Shown here: positions 10,093-18,729 of the stretch, one piece after another
Layout: each line of letters opens with the position of its first letter
Numbering within the stretch: position 1 is the first letter of the stretch
Source: an uncultured bacterium
Lineage (GTDB): Bacteria; Auribacterota; JACPWU01
Direction of reading: 5' to 3'
Assembly (NCBI GenBank): GCA_964640155.1
Contig: CAZXEQ010000003.1
Coordinates: 74,189-106,188 of the forward strand
DNA length: 32,000 bases
Position numbers and translations under genes: made by a program
The notes under the pieces: model-generated
Seen by the model: only the letters and a program-made list of their open reading frames with translations
The model's database searches: none
What the model was told of the DNA's origin: nothing

Positions 10093-10799
10093 TCTTCTTC
10101 GGAAGAAGTTTTTTGATTCTCTTTTCTTTGTTCGTTAAACCACTTCTCAAGGTTTTCCTTGGTTTCAACGTTCAGATGACCTCTCATGCGATAATGTCCT
10201 AGTCCACATAACTCTGCGCAGGCAATTTCAAATTTCCCGAGCTCTGTAGCTTCAAACCAAACTTTCTGAGTCATGCCTGGGACAACATCTTGTTTGAATC
10301 GGAAATTAGGAAGCCAAAAAGAATGAATTACATCTTTGGACTCAAGCTCGACAACGACCGGTTGATGAATGGGAATATGAAGTTGATTAATGGTACGGAT
10401 GTCATCAGGGGTATTGTATAGACCATCCTTTCCTGGATATTGAATATTCCATACATACTGTTGTGCAAGGATGCGGACCGGGAATATATTTTCTGTTGGA
10501 ATTCTTTTATGAAAATCATCCCATACTCTCGCGCTTAAATTGGCAAGGCGCATATCGATAAAGAAGAAAACAGATAAAGCAAGTCCTCCCGTAAGAAGCA
10601 GATGAGGTAGACGATTCCCATGGGTATAAAAGGATTGATGACAAGAACGTTCTCGGTAGCGAATTATGAAATAAAGAAGGATAGAAACAACCAGGAGAAA
10701 GGCAATACCTGTTTCAATGACAGTTCCATAAAAAAGAGCATCGACTTTATGGCCGATGGTTGAAATATCTTTTGGAAACAAGTTTTCTTTTTCTAACAT
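10086..10799 (-). CDS. ctaC: Heme-copper oxidase subunit II (CuA domain, no fused cytochrome c)
   Basis: ORF track, 237 aa. Two N-terminal TM segments. CuA ligand pattern HSFWLP...CAELCGLGHYRM (C-x3-C-x3-H-x2-M). Overlaps subunit I by 7 nt. Confidence 0.9.
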   Translation of the reverse strand: MLEKENLFPKDISTIGHKVDALFYGTVIETGIAFLLVVSILLYFIIRYRERSCHQSFYTHGNRLPHLLLTGGLALSVFFFIDMRLANLSARVWDDFHKRIPTENIFPVRILAQQYVWNIQYPGKDGLYNTPDDIRTINQLHIPIHQPVVVELESKDVIHSFWLPNFRFKQDVVPGMTQKVWFEATELGKFEIACAELCGLGHYRMRGHLNVETKENLEKWFNEQRKENQKTSSEEEW

Positions 10800-10857
10800 A
10801 GCTTAAAATTTCCGAATAAATTTTTGAGTGATGATAAATGATTGAAATAAATTGAAG

Positions 10858-10873
10858 TATGATTTAGATCAGC
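10858..10873. promoter_or_regulatory. Palindromic box D, TATGAT-TTAG-ATCAGC, upstream of the oxidase operon
   Basis: The core TGAT-N4-ATCA is intact and the outer positions are degenerate. Lies 59-74 nt upstream of ATG 10799. Confidence 0.45.
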
Positions 10874-10883
10874 ATTCTTGTTT

Positions 10884-12344
10884 TTAGGGGATGAAGAGGC
10901 TTTGAGAGAAACTAACCTGGGTTAGGGCTTCAATCACATCTTTTGCCGAGTAAGATTTATTTCCATTTTTTATGAATCGGCTTATATTTTTTAAGTCCTC
11001 GCCAGCTGTAACGAGAGGTTTTTCAATGTCTGCGTTTGATAAGCTCTGAGGAAGTCCAATATTAGCTAGAAGTCCATTGCAAAGGCATTTTCTCCCCATA
11101 ACTTCTTCAGGATTTCCTCCTTTTTTAATGTAATATTCTATCGGTTCAGCAGGACAGCGATACCCAACAGAACCATCTTCTTTCTTATAAAGATGTCTTA
11201 AGTATCCGAGGTCACAAATTCTCTCTCGGTTTTCGTAGACCATTTTTTCAGAATTAGAATCTTCTAATGGAATTACTTTAAAAGGAAATTTTGTGGGGGA
11301 GGCAAGGGGGTCTGTAAAAATATCGACTTCTCCTTTGATGGATTTTTCAATCAGTTTTTCCTTAATAGAAGATTCCAGCCCGGACTCGTTACAAAATGCA
11401 AATGCAGTGCCTACTTGAATTCCTGTTGCACCTAAGTCAAGAGCTTCTTTGAGACGTTCTGGGGTGCTAAAGGAACCAGCCAACCAAAAAGGGAGATTTA
11501 AACTTTTGATTTTTTCAAGATCTACATCATCTTTAGATCCATAAATAGGTTCACCTCGCTCATTTAAAGAAAGCGATCCACGCGGCATAGCATTGTGTCC
11601 ACCTGCTTTGGGCCCTTCAATAACGAAGCCATCTACGCTAGGAGTGCACTTTTTAGCCAAGGTGAGACCTAAAATGGTTGAGGCAATGATAGCAATGAAC
11701 TTGGGACGCTTTAGAATAGGTAGAGGCTTTTCCATGAATGCTTGGGGACTAAAATGAATTTTAAAATTATCTTCCCCTTCAGCGCCTTCGACATTGATTG
11801 TGAGCGTTACGTCTTCATGTCGTGAAAGTTTGTCAAGAATAGCTGGAATCTCTCGAGGGATACCAGCTCCCATCAATACATAGTCGACATTTGCTAGCAT
11901 GGCGCCATAGATAGAAAAGAGATTAGGTAGTTGTATCTTCTCAAGAAAATTAATTCCAACAAGCCCGCAGTGTTCTTCTTTGGCAAGAAAGACCTCTACA
12001 AAATTTGCAACAATGGTTAATTCTTGAAGGTGAACGGGAGGATCGATGGAGAACATGGTATTGCCCTTGAAAGGTGTCTCTTTTGGTTTCCCTCCAGGGA
12101 TGAAATATTTTTCAATGATACGTTGGGCTATTTTAGGAAAAGGAAAGTGTTGTAAGGCACGACGAATATGTCCGCCGATGTCTCCCATCTGTAAGCGTCT
12201 GGAAATAATAACATCCAAGGCGGTTCCAGAAACAACTCCGAGGTGGCCCAACTTGGAGACTGTATTGGCTAGAAACCAACTGGAGACACCTGCCCCCATG
12301 CCTCCTTGAATAATTAAGGGATGACTCAAGATTTTTCCTTCCAA
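10884..12344 (-). CDS. Nitronate monooxygenase (NMO / 2-nitropropane dioxygenase) family FMN protein, long form with Cys-rich C-terminal extension
   Basis: ORF track, 486 aa. N-terminal IIQGGMGAGVSSW...GVVSG and GFVIEGPKAGGH motifs are typical of the family. Confidence 0.75.
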   Translation of the reverse strand: MEGKILSHPLIIQGGMGAGVSSWFLANTVSKLGHLGVVSGTALDVIISRRLQMGDIGGHIRRALQHFPFPKIAQRIIEKYFIPGGKPKETPFKGNTMFSIDPPVHLQELTIVANFVEVFLAKEEHCGLVGINFLEKIQLPNLFSIYGAMLANVDYVLMGAGIPREIPAILDKLSRHEDVTLTINVEGAEGEDNFKIHFSPQAFMEKPLPILKRPKFIAIIASTILGLTLAKKCTPSVDGFVIEGPKAGGHNAMPRGSLSLNERGEPIYGSKDDVDLEKIKSLNLPFWLAGSFSTPERLKEALDLGATGIQVGTAFAFCNESGLESSIKEKLIEKSIKGEVDIFTDPLASPTKFPFKVIPLEDSNSEKMVYENRERICDLGYLRHLYKKEDGSVGYRCPAEPIEYYIKKGGNPEEVMGRKCLCNGLLANIGLPQSLSNADIEKPLVTAGEDLKNISRFIKNGNKSYSAKDVIEALTQVSFSQSLFIP

Positions 12345-12387
12345 GCTTTAGATTGAAAATTTTTACAAGGCTACAGGAAAATGTGTA

Positions 12388-12417
12388 GAATAAATATGAT
12401 ATGGATCATATTTATTC
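12388..12417. promoter_or_regulatory. Palindromic box E, GAATAAATATGAT-ATGG-ATCATATTTATTC, upstream of the NMO gene
   Basis: Perfect 13+13 inverted repeat. The core 12395..12410 lies 51-66 nt upstream of ATG 12344. Confidence 0.6.
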
Positions 12418-12455
12418 TGGTCAATTTTTAGAGAAGTGAAAGAAAATCAATAAAA

Positions 12456-12471
12456 TATGATCTACATCATA
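12456..12471. promoter_or_regulatory. Palindromic box F, TATGAT-CTAC-ATCATA, upstream of nosZ
   Basis: Perfect 6+6 inverted repeat. A TATAAT hexamer lies at 12488..12493, and the nosZ ATG is at 12580. Confidence 0.55.
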
Positions 12472-12579
12472 AAGTGATTTTTGAAAATATAATAGATTAC
12501 ACGCAGTTGTTAAATAAAGGGTCTGTCGCGCCATGAATAGACCTACTCATGTAGAAAAATGTGAAACCAGGAGGTTTAT

Positions 12580-14571
12580 ATGAAATGTCTTTTGTTGAGA
12601 GTGTTTCTATTGATGGGGTTCATAACCATGTTATGTATTTCAGGTGAGGCAAGGGCAGGTGAAACCCAAGATATAAAACTGCCAGCTGATGTTGCAGCAG
12701 TGATTAAAGAGCGGGGACTAACCCCTGATGATATATTGGGGGCAGTGTCGACCTTTGTTTCTTCGGGAAAATATGATGACTATATGATGTTTGCTTCAGG
12801 CGGTCAAAGTGGGCAAATGTTTGTGATTGGACTTCCGTCGATGAGACTTTTGAGAGCTATTGCAGTTTTTACTCCTGAACCTTGGCAGGGCTATGGAGTA
12901 GGGGTTAAAGAATGTGCGCTTGAAAATATTGCTAAAACTCCTGATGGAGAAAAGATTCTAAGTGGGGATACACATCATCCTGCTCTGAGTGAAACGGGAG
13001 GAGAATACGATGGACAATATCTTTTTATTGGAGATAAGGCGCATGGACGTTTGGCGGTGATTGACTTAAAGGATTTTGAAACCAAGCAGATTATAGACAA
13101 TCCTTTAATGCACAATGATCATGGTGCCGCGTTTGTGACTCCCAATACAGAATACGTAGTTGAAGGGTCGCAATATTCTGAACCTTTGGGAAAAGTATAT
13201 GCGCCACTTTCAGATTATCAGGCCAAGTATCGAGGGGCAGCAACGTTCTGGAAATTTGATAGAACCAAAGGACGTATTGATAGGGAAAATTCTTTTGCGA
13301 TTGAACTTCCTCCTTACTGGCAAGATCTTGCAGATGCAGGAAAAGGGGCCAGTGAGGGTTGGGCATTCTGGAATTCTTTCAATACGGAAATGGCTACAGG
13401 AGGTATTGAATCAGGTAATCCTCCATTTGAAGCTGGAACGACGCAGCGGGATACGGACTATCTTCACGTTGTTAACTGGAAGAGAGCAGAAGAGGTTGTA
13501 AAAGAAGGAAAATTCAAAACGATTGAAGGCCTTAAAGTTATTTCTCTGGATGTGGCAGCGTCAGAAGGTGTTCTTTATTTCATTGCAGAACCGAAAAGTC
13601 CTCATGGTGTGGATGTAACTCCCAGTGGTAAATACATGGTGGTAGCTGGAAAATTGGATCCTCACGTGACGGTTTATGGAATTGAGAATATTAAAAAGGC
13701 GATTGCTGATAAAGATTTTGAAGGAAAGGATCCGTTCGGTGTTTCGATTATTCGATTTGACGCTGCTAAGGTAGCTCAAGTTGAATTAGGCTTAGGCCCT
13801 TTACATACTCAATTTGATGATAAAGGATATGCCTATACAAGTCTTTTTCTGGATAGCGCTATTGCCCGTTGGACTTTGGGTGATGATAAATACAAAGCAC
13901 CTGAGCAACCTTGGACCTTGGTTTCTAAAACACCGGTTCAATACAATGTAGGACATATTTCGGCTGCTGAAGGTGATACTGTGACCCCGGATGGGAAGTA
14001 TCTTGTTTCGCTTAATAAGTGGTCGGTGGATCGATTCTCCAATATTGGGCCGCTTCTTCCACAAAATCTACAGTTGATGGATATTTCAAAAACGGGAGAT
14101 AGCTTGAAGGTTTTATATGATATGCCGATTGGTGTAGGAGAGCCCCATTATGCTCAAATTATCAAGTCAGATAAAATTAAATCATGGGAGATTTATCCCG
14201 ATGTGGGTTGGGACCCTTTGACTCAAAGTAAGGGTGACAAGATGGTAACAAAAGGAAAAATTGTTCGAAATGGGGATCATGTCGAAGTTTATATTCCTGT
14301 GATACGAAGTCATTTTGATCCGGAACATATTGAGGTTAATGAAGGGGATAAAGTGACACTTTATCTTAGTAATTTGGAGAGGACTTTGGATGCCACACAT
14401 GGATTCACCATTTGCGGGTATAACATTTCCGCGAGCATTGAACCTGGGGAAACGGCAACGATTGAGTTTACAGCCGCAAAGCCAGGTGTTTTTCCATATT
14501 ATTGTTTGGAATTTTGTTCAGCGCTTCATCTTGAGATGACGGGATATTTAGTAGTTAAACCAAAAGAATAA
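12580..14571 (+). CDS. nosZ: Nitrous-oxide reductase NosZ, Sec-dependent (clade II / atypical) type
   Basis: ORF track, 663 aa. CuZ His motifs DTHHP, SPHGVDV, GPLHTQFD and EPHYAQI. C-terminal CuA motif CLEFCSALHLEM. The signal peptide lacks a twin-arginine. AGGAGG lies 7 nt before the ATG. Confidence 0.95.
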   Translation: MKCLLLRVFLLMGFITMLCISGEARAGETQDIKLPADVAAVIKERGLTPDDILGAVSTFVSSGKYDDYMMFASGGQSGQMFVIGLPSMRLLRAIAVFTPEPWQGYGVGVKECALENIAKTPDGEKILSGDTHHPALSETGGEYDGQYLFIGDKAHGRLAVIDLKDFETKQIIDNPLMHNDHGAAFVTPNTEYVVEGSQYSEPLGKVYAPLSDYQAKYRGAATFWKFDRTKGRIDRENSFAIELPPYWQDLADAGKGASEGWAFWNSFNTEMATGGIESGNPPFEAGTTQRDTDYLHVVNWKRAEEVVKEGKFKTIEGLKVISLDVAASEGVLYFIAEPKSPHGVDVTPSGKYMVVAGKLDPHVTVYGIENIKKAIADKDFEGKDPFGVSIIRFDAAKVAQVELGLGPLHTQFDDKGYAYTSLFLDSAIARWTLGDDKYKAPEQPWTLVSKTPVQYNVGHISAAEGDTVTPDGKYLVSLNKWSVDRFSNIGPLLPQNLQLMDISKTGDSLKVLYDMPIGVGEPHYAQIIKSDKIKSWEIYPDVGWDPLTQSKGDKMVTKGKIVRNGDHVEVYIPVIRSHFDPEHIEVNEGDKVTLYLSNLERTLDATHGFTICGYNISASIEPGETATIEFTAAKPGVFPYYCLEFCSALHLEMTGYLVVKPKE

Positions 14572-14582
14572 AATGAAGAAAG

Positions 14583-15704
14583 ATGGTTGATGGTATGCCT
14601 TTAAGGGAAAAGATTGTTAAAGCCTTATTATTCATTTCAATTGTGGCAATGGTTTTATCAATCTTTTTCCCTTACTGGCAACTGAAAGTGACAGCTCCTC
14701 AGTATCCTAAGGGGCTTAAAGTTACTGTTTTTTTAAATCATGTGGAGGGCGATGTTGGGGAAATAGATATTCTGAACCATTATATCGGGATGCGCTCTTT
14801 ATCTGAGGCTGCACAGATTGAAAGAAAACTGGCGATGGTTGGCATAGGGTTTATTCTGGTTTGTTTGGTCTTTGCCTTTTTCATATCCAGAAAAAAATTC
14901 TTCTTTTTTTTATTACCTGGTATTTTCTTTCCATTATTTTTTATGGGTGATCTTTATTATTGGTTGCGTGATTTTGGTTTGAATCTTAATCCCCATGCAC
15001 CTTTGAGTTCATCCGTGAAGCCTTTCATACCTCCCCTTTTTGGAATAGGCAAGATTGCTCAATTTCAAGCATTGGCGCAATTTGATACTGGATTCTTTTT
15101 AACAGTTGTTGCTTCAATTCTGATTTTGATTGCTCTTTTCTTAAGATTGGTCTCAAGAAGGAGTTGTTCTGTGGTAACAACAGGGATCATTTTTTTTGTT
15201 TTTATGTTTTCATTAGCACCGAATATTTTTGCCAAAACGATTGTTGTTAATTCCTCCTCTTCCCAAAATCTTCAAAAGGCTATCGATCAAGCAGAATCTG
15301 GGGATATCCTCGATGTTAAAGCAGGTGTTTATGATGGACCGATTCATATTAAAAAATCGATTCATTTAATAGGAGAGGCTTTCCCTATAATTGATGCACA
15401 GGGGAAGGGGAGTGGGGTTTATTTAGAAGCAGCAGATATATTGTTTAAAGGATTTGTAGTTCGAAATACAGGAAATGTCTTGTCCACAGAAGATTCAGGA
15501 CTATGGGCCACGGGAGAAAGGATTTGTATAGAAGACAATCGGTTTGAAAATGTACTTTTTGGAATCTATTTAAAGCAGGCCCCATTCGGTGTGGTCCGAA
15601 ATAATTCTTTAATCAGCAAGCCGCTGGATATTGCTCGTAGGGGAGATCTGATTCGTGTTTGGTGTAGCGATCATGTATTGATTGAAAAGAATTTTGCGAC
15701 GTAA
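14583..15704 (+). CDS. nosD: NosB-like polytopic membrane domain fused to the N-terminal part of NosD; ends at an in-frame TAA
   Basis: ORF track, 373 aa. Residues 1-215 have about 5 TM segments with APQYPKGL and NHYIGM motifs, in the position directly after clade II nosZ where nosB is expected. From KTIVVNSSSSQNLQKAIDQAESGDILDVKAGVYDGPIHI onward it reads as a NosD-type beta-helix start. Confidence 0.65.
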   Translation: MVDGMPLREKIVKALLFISIVAMVLSIFFPYWQLKVTAPQYPKGLKVTVFLNHVEGDVGEIDILNHYIGMRSLSEAAQIERKLAMVGIGFILVCLVFAFFISRKKFFFFLLPGIFFPLFFMGDLYYWLRDFGLNLNPHAPLSSSVKPFIPPLFGIGKIAQFQALAQFDTGFFLTVVASILILIALFLRLVSRRSCSVVTTGIIFFVFMFSLAPNIFAKTIVVNSSSSQNLQKAIDQAESGDILDVKAGVYDGPIHIKKSIHLIGEAFPIIDAQGKGSGVYLEAADILFKGFVVRNTGNVLSTEDSGLWATGERICIEDNRFENVLFGIYLKQAPFGVVRNNSLISKPLDIARRGDLIRVWCSDHVLIEKNFAT

Positions 15705-15713
15705 GGACGGGAT

Positions 15714-17435
15714 GTGGTGCTTTGGTTCTCGAAGAATATGCGAGTTTTGAATAACAAGTTTCAAGAGAGTCGTTATGGTTTGCATTTTATGTATTGTCAG
15801 CAGGCGGTCGTAGAACACAACAAACTTTCTCACAATTCAGTTGGTGCCTATTTGATGTACAGTGCCGGATTACAATTAAGAGAAAATATCATTTTAAACA
15901 ATCGTGGCCCTAGTGGATATGGAATAGGATTTAAAGACATGGATGAAGCGATGATTGAGAAGAATAATGTCATTGGTAATCGCGTTGGTTTTTTTCTGGA
16001 TTCTTGTATGAAGGGTTTATTTTATAACAATATGATTGCCTTGAATGATATTGGGATGCAGGTGATTCCAACTGCGAATAACAATCAATTTTCTAAAAAT
16101 AACTTTATTGAAAATGGAGAACAGATTCTTCTGGATGGTTCCAGTACGCGTACTGTCAATGCATGGAATCACAATCACTGGAGTGATTATCGCGGGTTTG
16201 ATGCAAATCAAGATGGGATTGGGGATGTTGCGTATCATCCTATGAAGCTATTCGAGAGAATTGCTGATCGATATCATACTTTAAAAGTATTTTATGGAAG
16301 TCCTTCTATAGCCGCGATTGATTTTGCTGCATCTACTTTCCCTGTTTTTCAACCAACGTCTAAATTTGTAGATGAGTTTCCAGTGATGCAACCCTTTAAA
16401 TTTTTGGGGATAGAAAAAACACCTTCTCATGTTCTACCTTGGATTCTTTTGTCTGCTGCTTTTTTTCTTCCAATGCTTGGCTTCTCTCAGTCGAGAATAA
16501 AAAGGGAAAACAGCATCGAGTCGACTGCAGAACCTCTTTTAAAAACGGGTACGCAAGTTGTGATACGTACTCAAGGGCTGACAAAACAATTTAAGAAATT
16601 GAAAGCAGTTTCAGATCTTGATTTGGAGATTCGTTTGGGTGAGGTTGTTGCGTTATGGGGCCCTAATGGGGCAGGCAAGACGACTTTGCTTCGCTGTTTG
16701 TTGGGAATCATTCCTTGTGACGGGGAAATGGAGGTTTTGGGAATGGAAGTTCGAAAAAATTCTAAGTTGGTCAGGCGGGCCATTGGATATGTTCCTCAGG
16801 AAATTCGCCTCCATTTAGATCACTCTGTTTTAGACACGGTTCGTTTTTATGCCCGGTTAAGGAGAGTTTCTGATACGCGTGTAGATCAGCTTATTCATGA
16901 GTGGGGATTGGAGGAATCAAAATACAAGCTTGTCCAAAATTTGTCTGGAGGAATGCGTCAGAAACTAGCGGTTGTCATTGCATTACTTTCTGATCCTCCC
17001 ATTCTTTTCTTGGATGAGCCAACCAGTCATTTGGATATAAAGACACGCAGAGAGTTCCTTCATTCTCTTCAGAAACTTAAAAGTCAGGGTAAGACACTGA
17101 TTTTTTGTTCACATCGATGGACTGAAGTTTGTCAAATGGCAGATCGAATTATTGTTTTAGAAGCGGGTGTCAAAAAGAGGGATGGAAAACCTGAAGAATT
17201 TAAGGATTTATTCGCAGAAGAAATTTTAATGAGATTGTCCGTGCAGAATCATTTTCTTAAAGAGGCACAAGAGATCTTAACAAAGCAGGGTTTTAAATTT
17301 TCACAAAGGGAAAATGACCTTTTGATTTTGGTGGGTCAAGCTTCAAAAATAGAACCTATTCGACTGTTGATTCAATCGGGGATTTCTATTCTCAATTTTG
17401 ATATGGATGGCGAGATCAATCATAACATGGGATGA
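15714..17435 (+). CDS. nosF: C-terminal part of NosD (beta-helix repeats), one TM segment, then the NosF ABC ATPase; same frame as 14583..15704
   Basis: ORF track, 573 aa (GTG start). RYGLHFMY, GAYLMYS and GYGIGFKD are NosD repeats. The hydrophobic segment is VLPWILLSAAFFLPMLGF. The ATPase has Walker A GPNGAGKTT, signature LSGGMRQK and Walker B ILFLDEPT. Confidence 0.75.
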   Translation: MVLWFSKNMRVLNNKFQESRYGLHFMYCQQAVVEHNKLSHNSVGAYLMYSAGLQLRENIILNNRGPSGYGIGFKDMDEAMIEKNNVIGNRVGFFLDSCMKGLFYNNMIALNDIGMQVIPTANNNQFSKNNFIENGEQILLDGSSTRTVNAWNHNHWSDYRGFDANQDGIGDVAYHPMKLFERIADRYHTLKVFYGSPSIAAIDFAASTFPVFQPTSKFVDEFPVMQPFKFLGIEKTPSHVLPWILLSAAFFLPMLGFSQSRIKRENSIESTAEPLLKTGTQVVIRTQGLTKQFKKLKAVSDLDLEIRLGEVVALWGPNGAGKTTLLRCLLGIIPCDGEMEVLGMEVRKNSKLVRRAIGYVPQEIRLHLDHSVLDTVRFYARLRRVSDTRVDQLIHEWGLEESKYKLVQNLSGGMRQKLAVVIALLSDPPILFLDEPTSHLDIKTRREFLHSLQKLKSQGKTLIFCSHRWTEVCQMADRIIVLEAGVKKRDGKPEEFKDLFAEEILMRLSVQNHFLKEAQEILTKQGFKFSQRENDLLILVGQASKIEPIRLLIQSGISILNFDMDGEINHNMG

Positions 17436-18274
17436 GATTTTTTATGGACATACGTAACACTTATATTTTGATGACTAAAGAGATGGCAGATGCGAGAAAG
17501 AACCGCTGGTTTGTTGTGATTGCGATTCTTTTTGCTCTCCTTTCACTTTCCTTAAGCCTTTTGGGTCTTTCGGGTTTGGGATCTGTAGGCGTTACAGGTT
17601 TTGGCAGAACAGCTGCGAGTCTTTTGAATCTGGTTCTTTTGATTGTTCCCTTGATGGGACTTTTACTCGGAGCTATGAGTATGGTGGGAGAAAAAGAACA
17701 AGGGACTTTATTGACTTTGCTAGCACAACCCGTGAGCGTATCAGAAATTTTGCTTGGAAAATTTTTAGGGTGTGCAATAGCCATTCTCGTAGCCCTTCTT
17801 TTAGGGTTTGGAGTCAGTGCTCTGGTGATGGGCCGTTATGCTGGAACAGAGCAAATAGGAGATTATCTTATTCTTGTGGGATTTACCCTTCTTTTGGGTT
17901 GGGCTTTTTTGAGCATAGGATTTTTTATCTCCATGTGGACGAAGCGTCATACCATGGCCTTAGGTCTAGCTCTGCTTTTCTGGTTTTTCTTTATTTTTTT
18001 GAGTGATTTGGGCCTTATCGGGACAGCCATTGTTTTGAAACTGACCCCGGGACAAATGCTAGGACTGGTACTGATAAACCCCATACAGTCATTCAAGCTT
18101 GCTGTGGCGGGTGCATTGCAGAAAAGCCTTGAGTCCTTTGGATCGATTGGAATGTATGCCATTCAAGTGTTTGGAGATGGATTGATTTTTATCTTAAGTT
18201 TTCTTTTGGTTTTGTGGCTGATTGTACCTCTTTTTTTGAGTTGGATTTTTTTTAAATCACGGTGTGTGGACTAA
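17432..18274 (+). CDS. nosY: NosY, ABC-2 type permease of the NosDFY complex
   Basis: ORF track, 280 aa, 6 TM segments. ATGA overlap with the preceding NosF frame. Confidence 0.85.
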   Translation: MRFFMDIRNTYILMTKEMADARKNRWFVVIAILFALLSLSLSLLGLSGLGSVGVTGFGRTAASLLNLVLLIVPLMGLLLGAMSMVGEKEQGTLLTLLAQPVSVSEILLGKFLGCAIAILVALLLGFGVSALVMGRYAGTEQIGDYLILVGFTLLLGWAFLSIGFFISMWTKRHTMALGLALLFWFFFIFLSDLGLIGTAIVLKLTPGQMLGLVLINPIQSFKLAVAGALQKSLESFGSIGMYAIQVFGDGLIFILSFLLVLWLIVPLFLSWIFFKSRCVD

Positions 18275-18729
18275 TGAAAAAATTTAAAATTATTTTTCTT
18301 TTATTCTTTTTGACAGGATGTAGCTCTTACCAGACCGGGAAGGTCCCTGAAATTCGGTATGGGCAGGATTTGTGTTCAGAATGCAGAATGACTTTGATGG
18401 ATGCTCCATTTGCCTGCGTTATTTTGACAGAGGATGAGGAAATTTTGAAATTTGATGATATTGCATGTATGGTTCGTTTTGAAAGAAACAATCAAACTAA
18501 AATTAAAGAGGCATGGGTTCACGATTGTGTGACACAAGCTTGGATTCAAAGATCAAAGGCTTATTTTGTTTTTGATCAAACATTAAACACTCCCATGGGT
18601 TCACATCTTATGGCGCTCGGCAGTGAAGAATCAGTACAAGAATGCTTAAAAAAGAATGGTGCAAAGCAGATAGGCTTTGATCAGATAAATGATCTTTTAA
18701 AGGAACAAATTCAAAAGGAGAGAAAATGA
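18274..18729 (+). CDS. nosL: NosL copper-chaperone lipoprotein
   Basis: I prefer ATG 18274 (MKKFKIIFLLFFLTGCSS, lipobox LTGC) to the track GTG at 18262. TAATG overlap with the nosY stop. NosL-type motif CSECRM...FDDIACM. Confidence 0.85.
   Translation: MKKFKIIFLLFFLTGCSSYQTGKVPEIRYGQDLCSECRMTLMDAPFACVILTEDEEILKFDDIACMVRFERNNQTKIKEAWVHDCVTQAWIQRSKAYFVFDQTLNTPMGSHLMALGSEESVQECLKKNGAKQIGFDQINDLLKEQIQKERK

Noticed and set aside
2043-12471. Fur/Zur/PerR-type box as the identity of the TATGAT-N4-ATCATA sites
   Set aside because: Fur-family boxes have a 1-nt centre (ATGAT-A-ATCAT-like, 7-1-7). Here the spacer is consistently 4 nt, which fits CRP/FNR geometry.
15702-15704. Reassigned genetic code (TAA read as sense) to explain the in-frame stop in nosD
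   Set aside because: TAA is used as the terminator of well-delimited genes in the same window, for example nosZ at 14569..14571 and nosY at 18272..18274.
18262-18273. GTG 18262 as the nosL start (track annotation)
   Set aside because: ATG 18274 yields a canonical lipoprotein signal (MKKFKIIFLLFFLTGC) and a TAATG stop-start overlap with nosY. The four extra residues (MCGL) add nothing.
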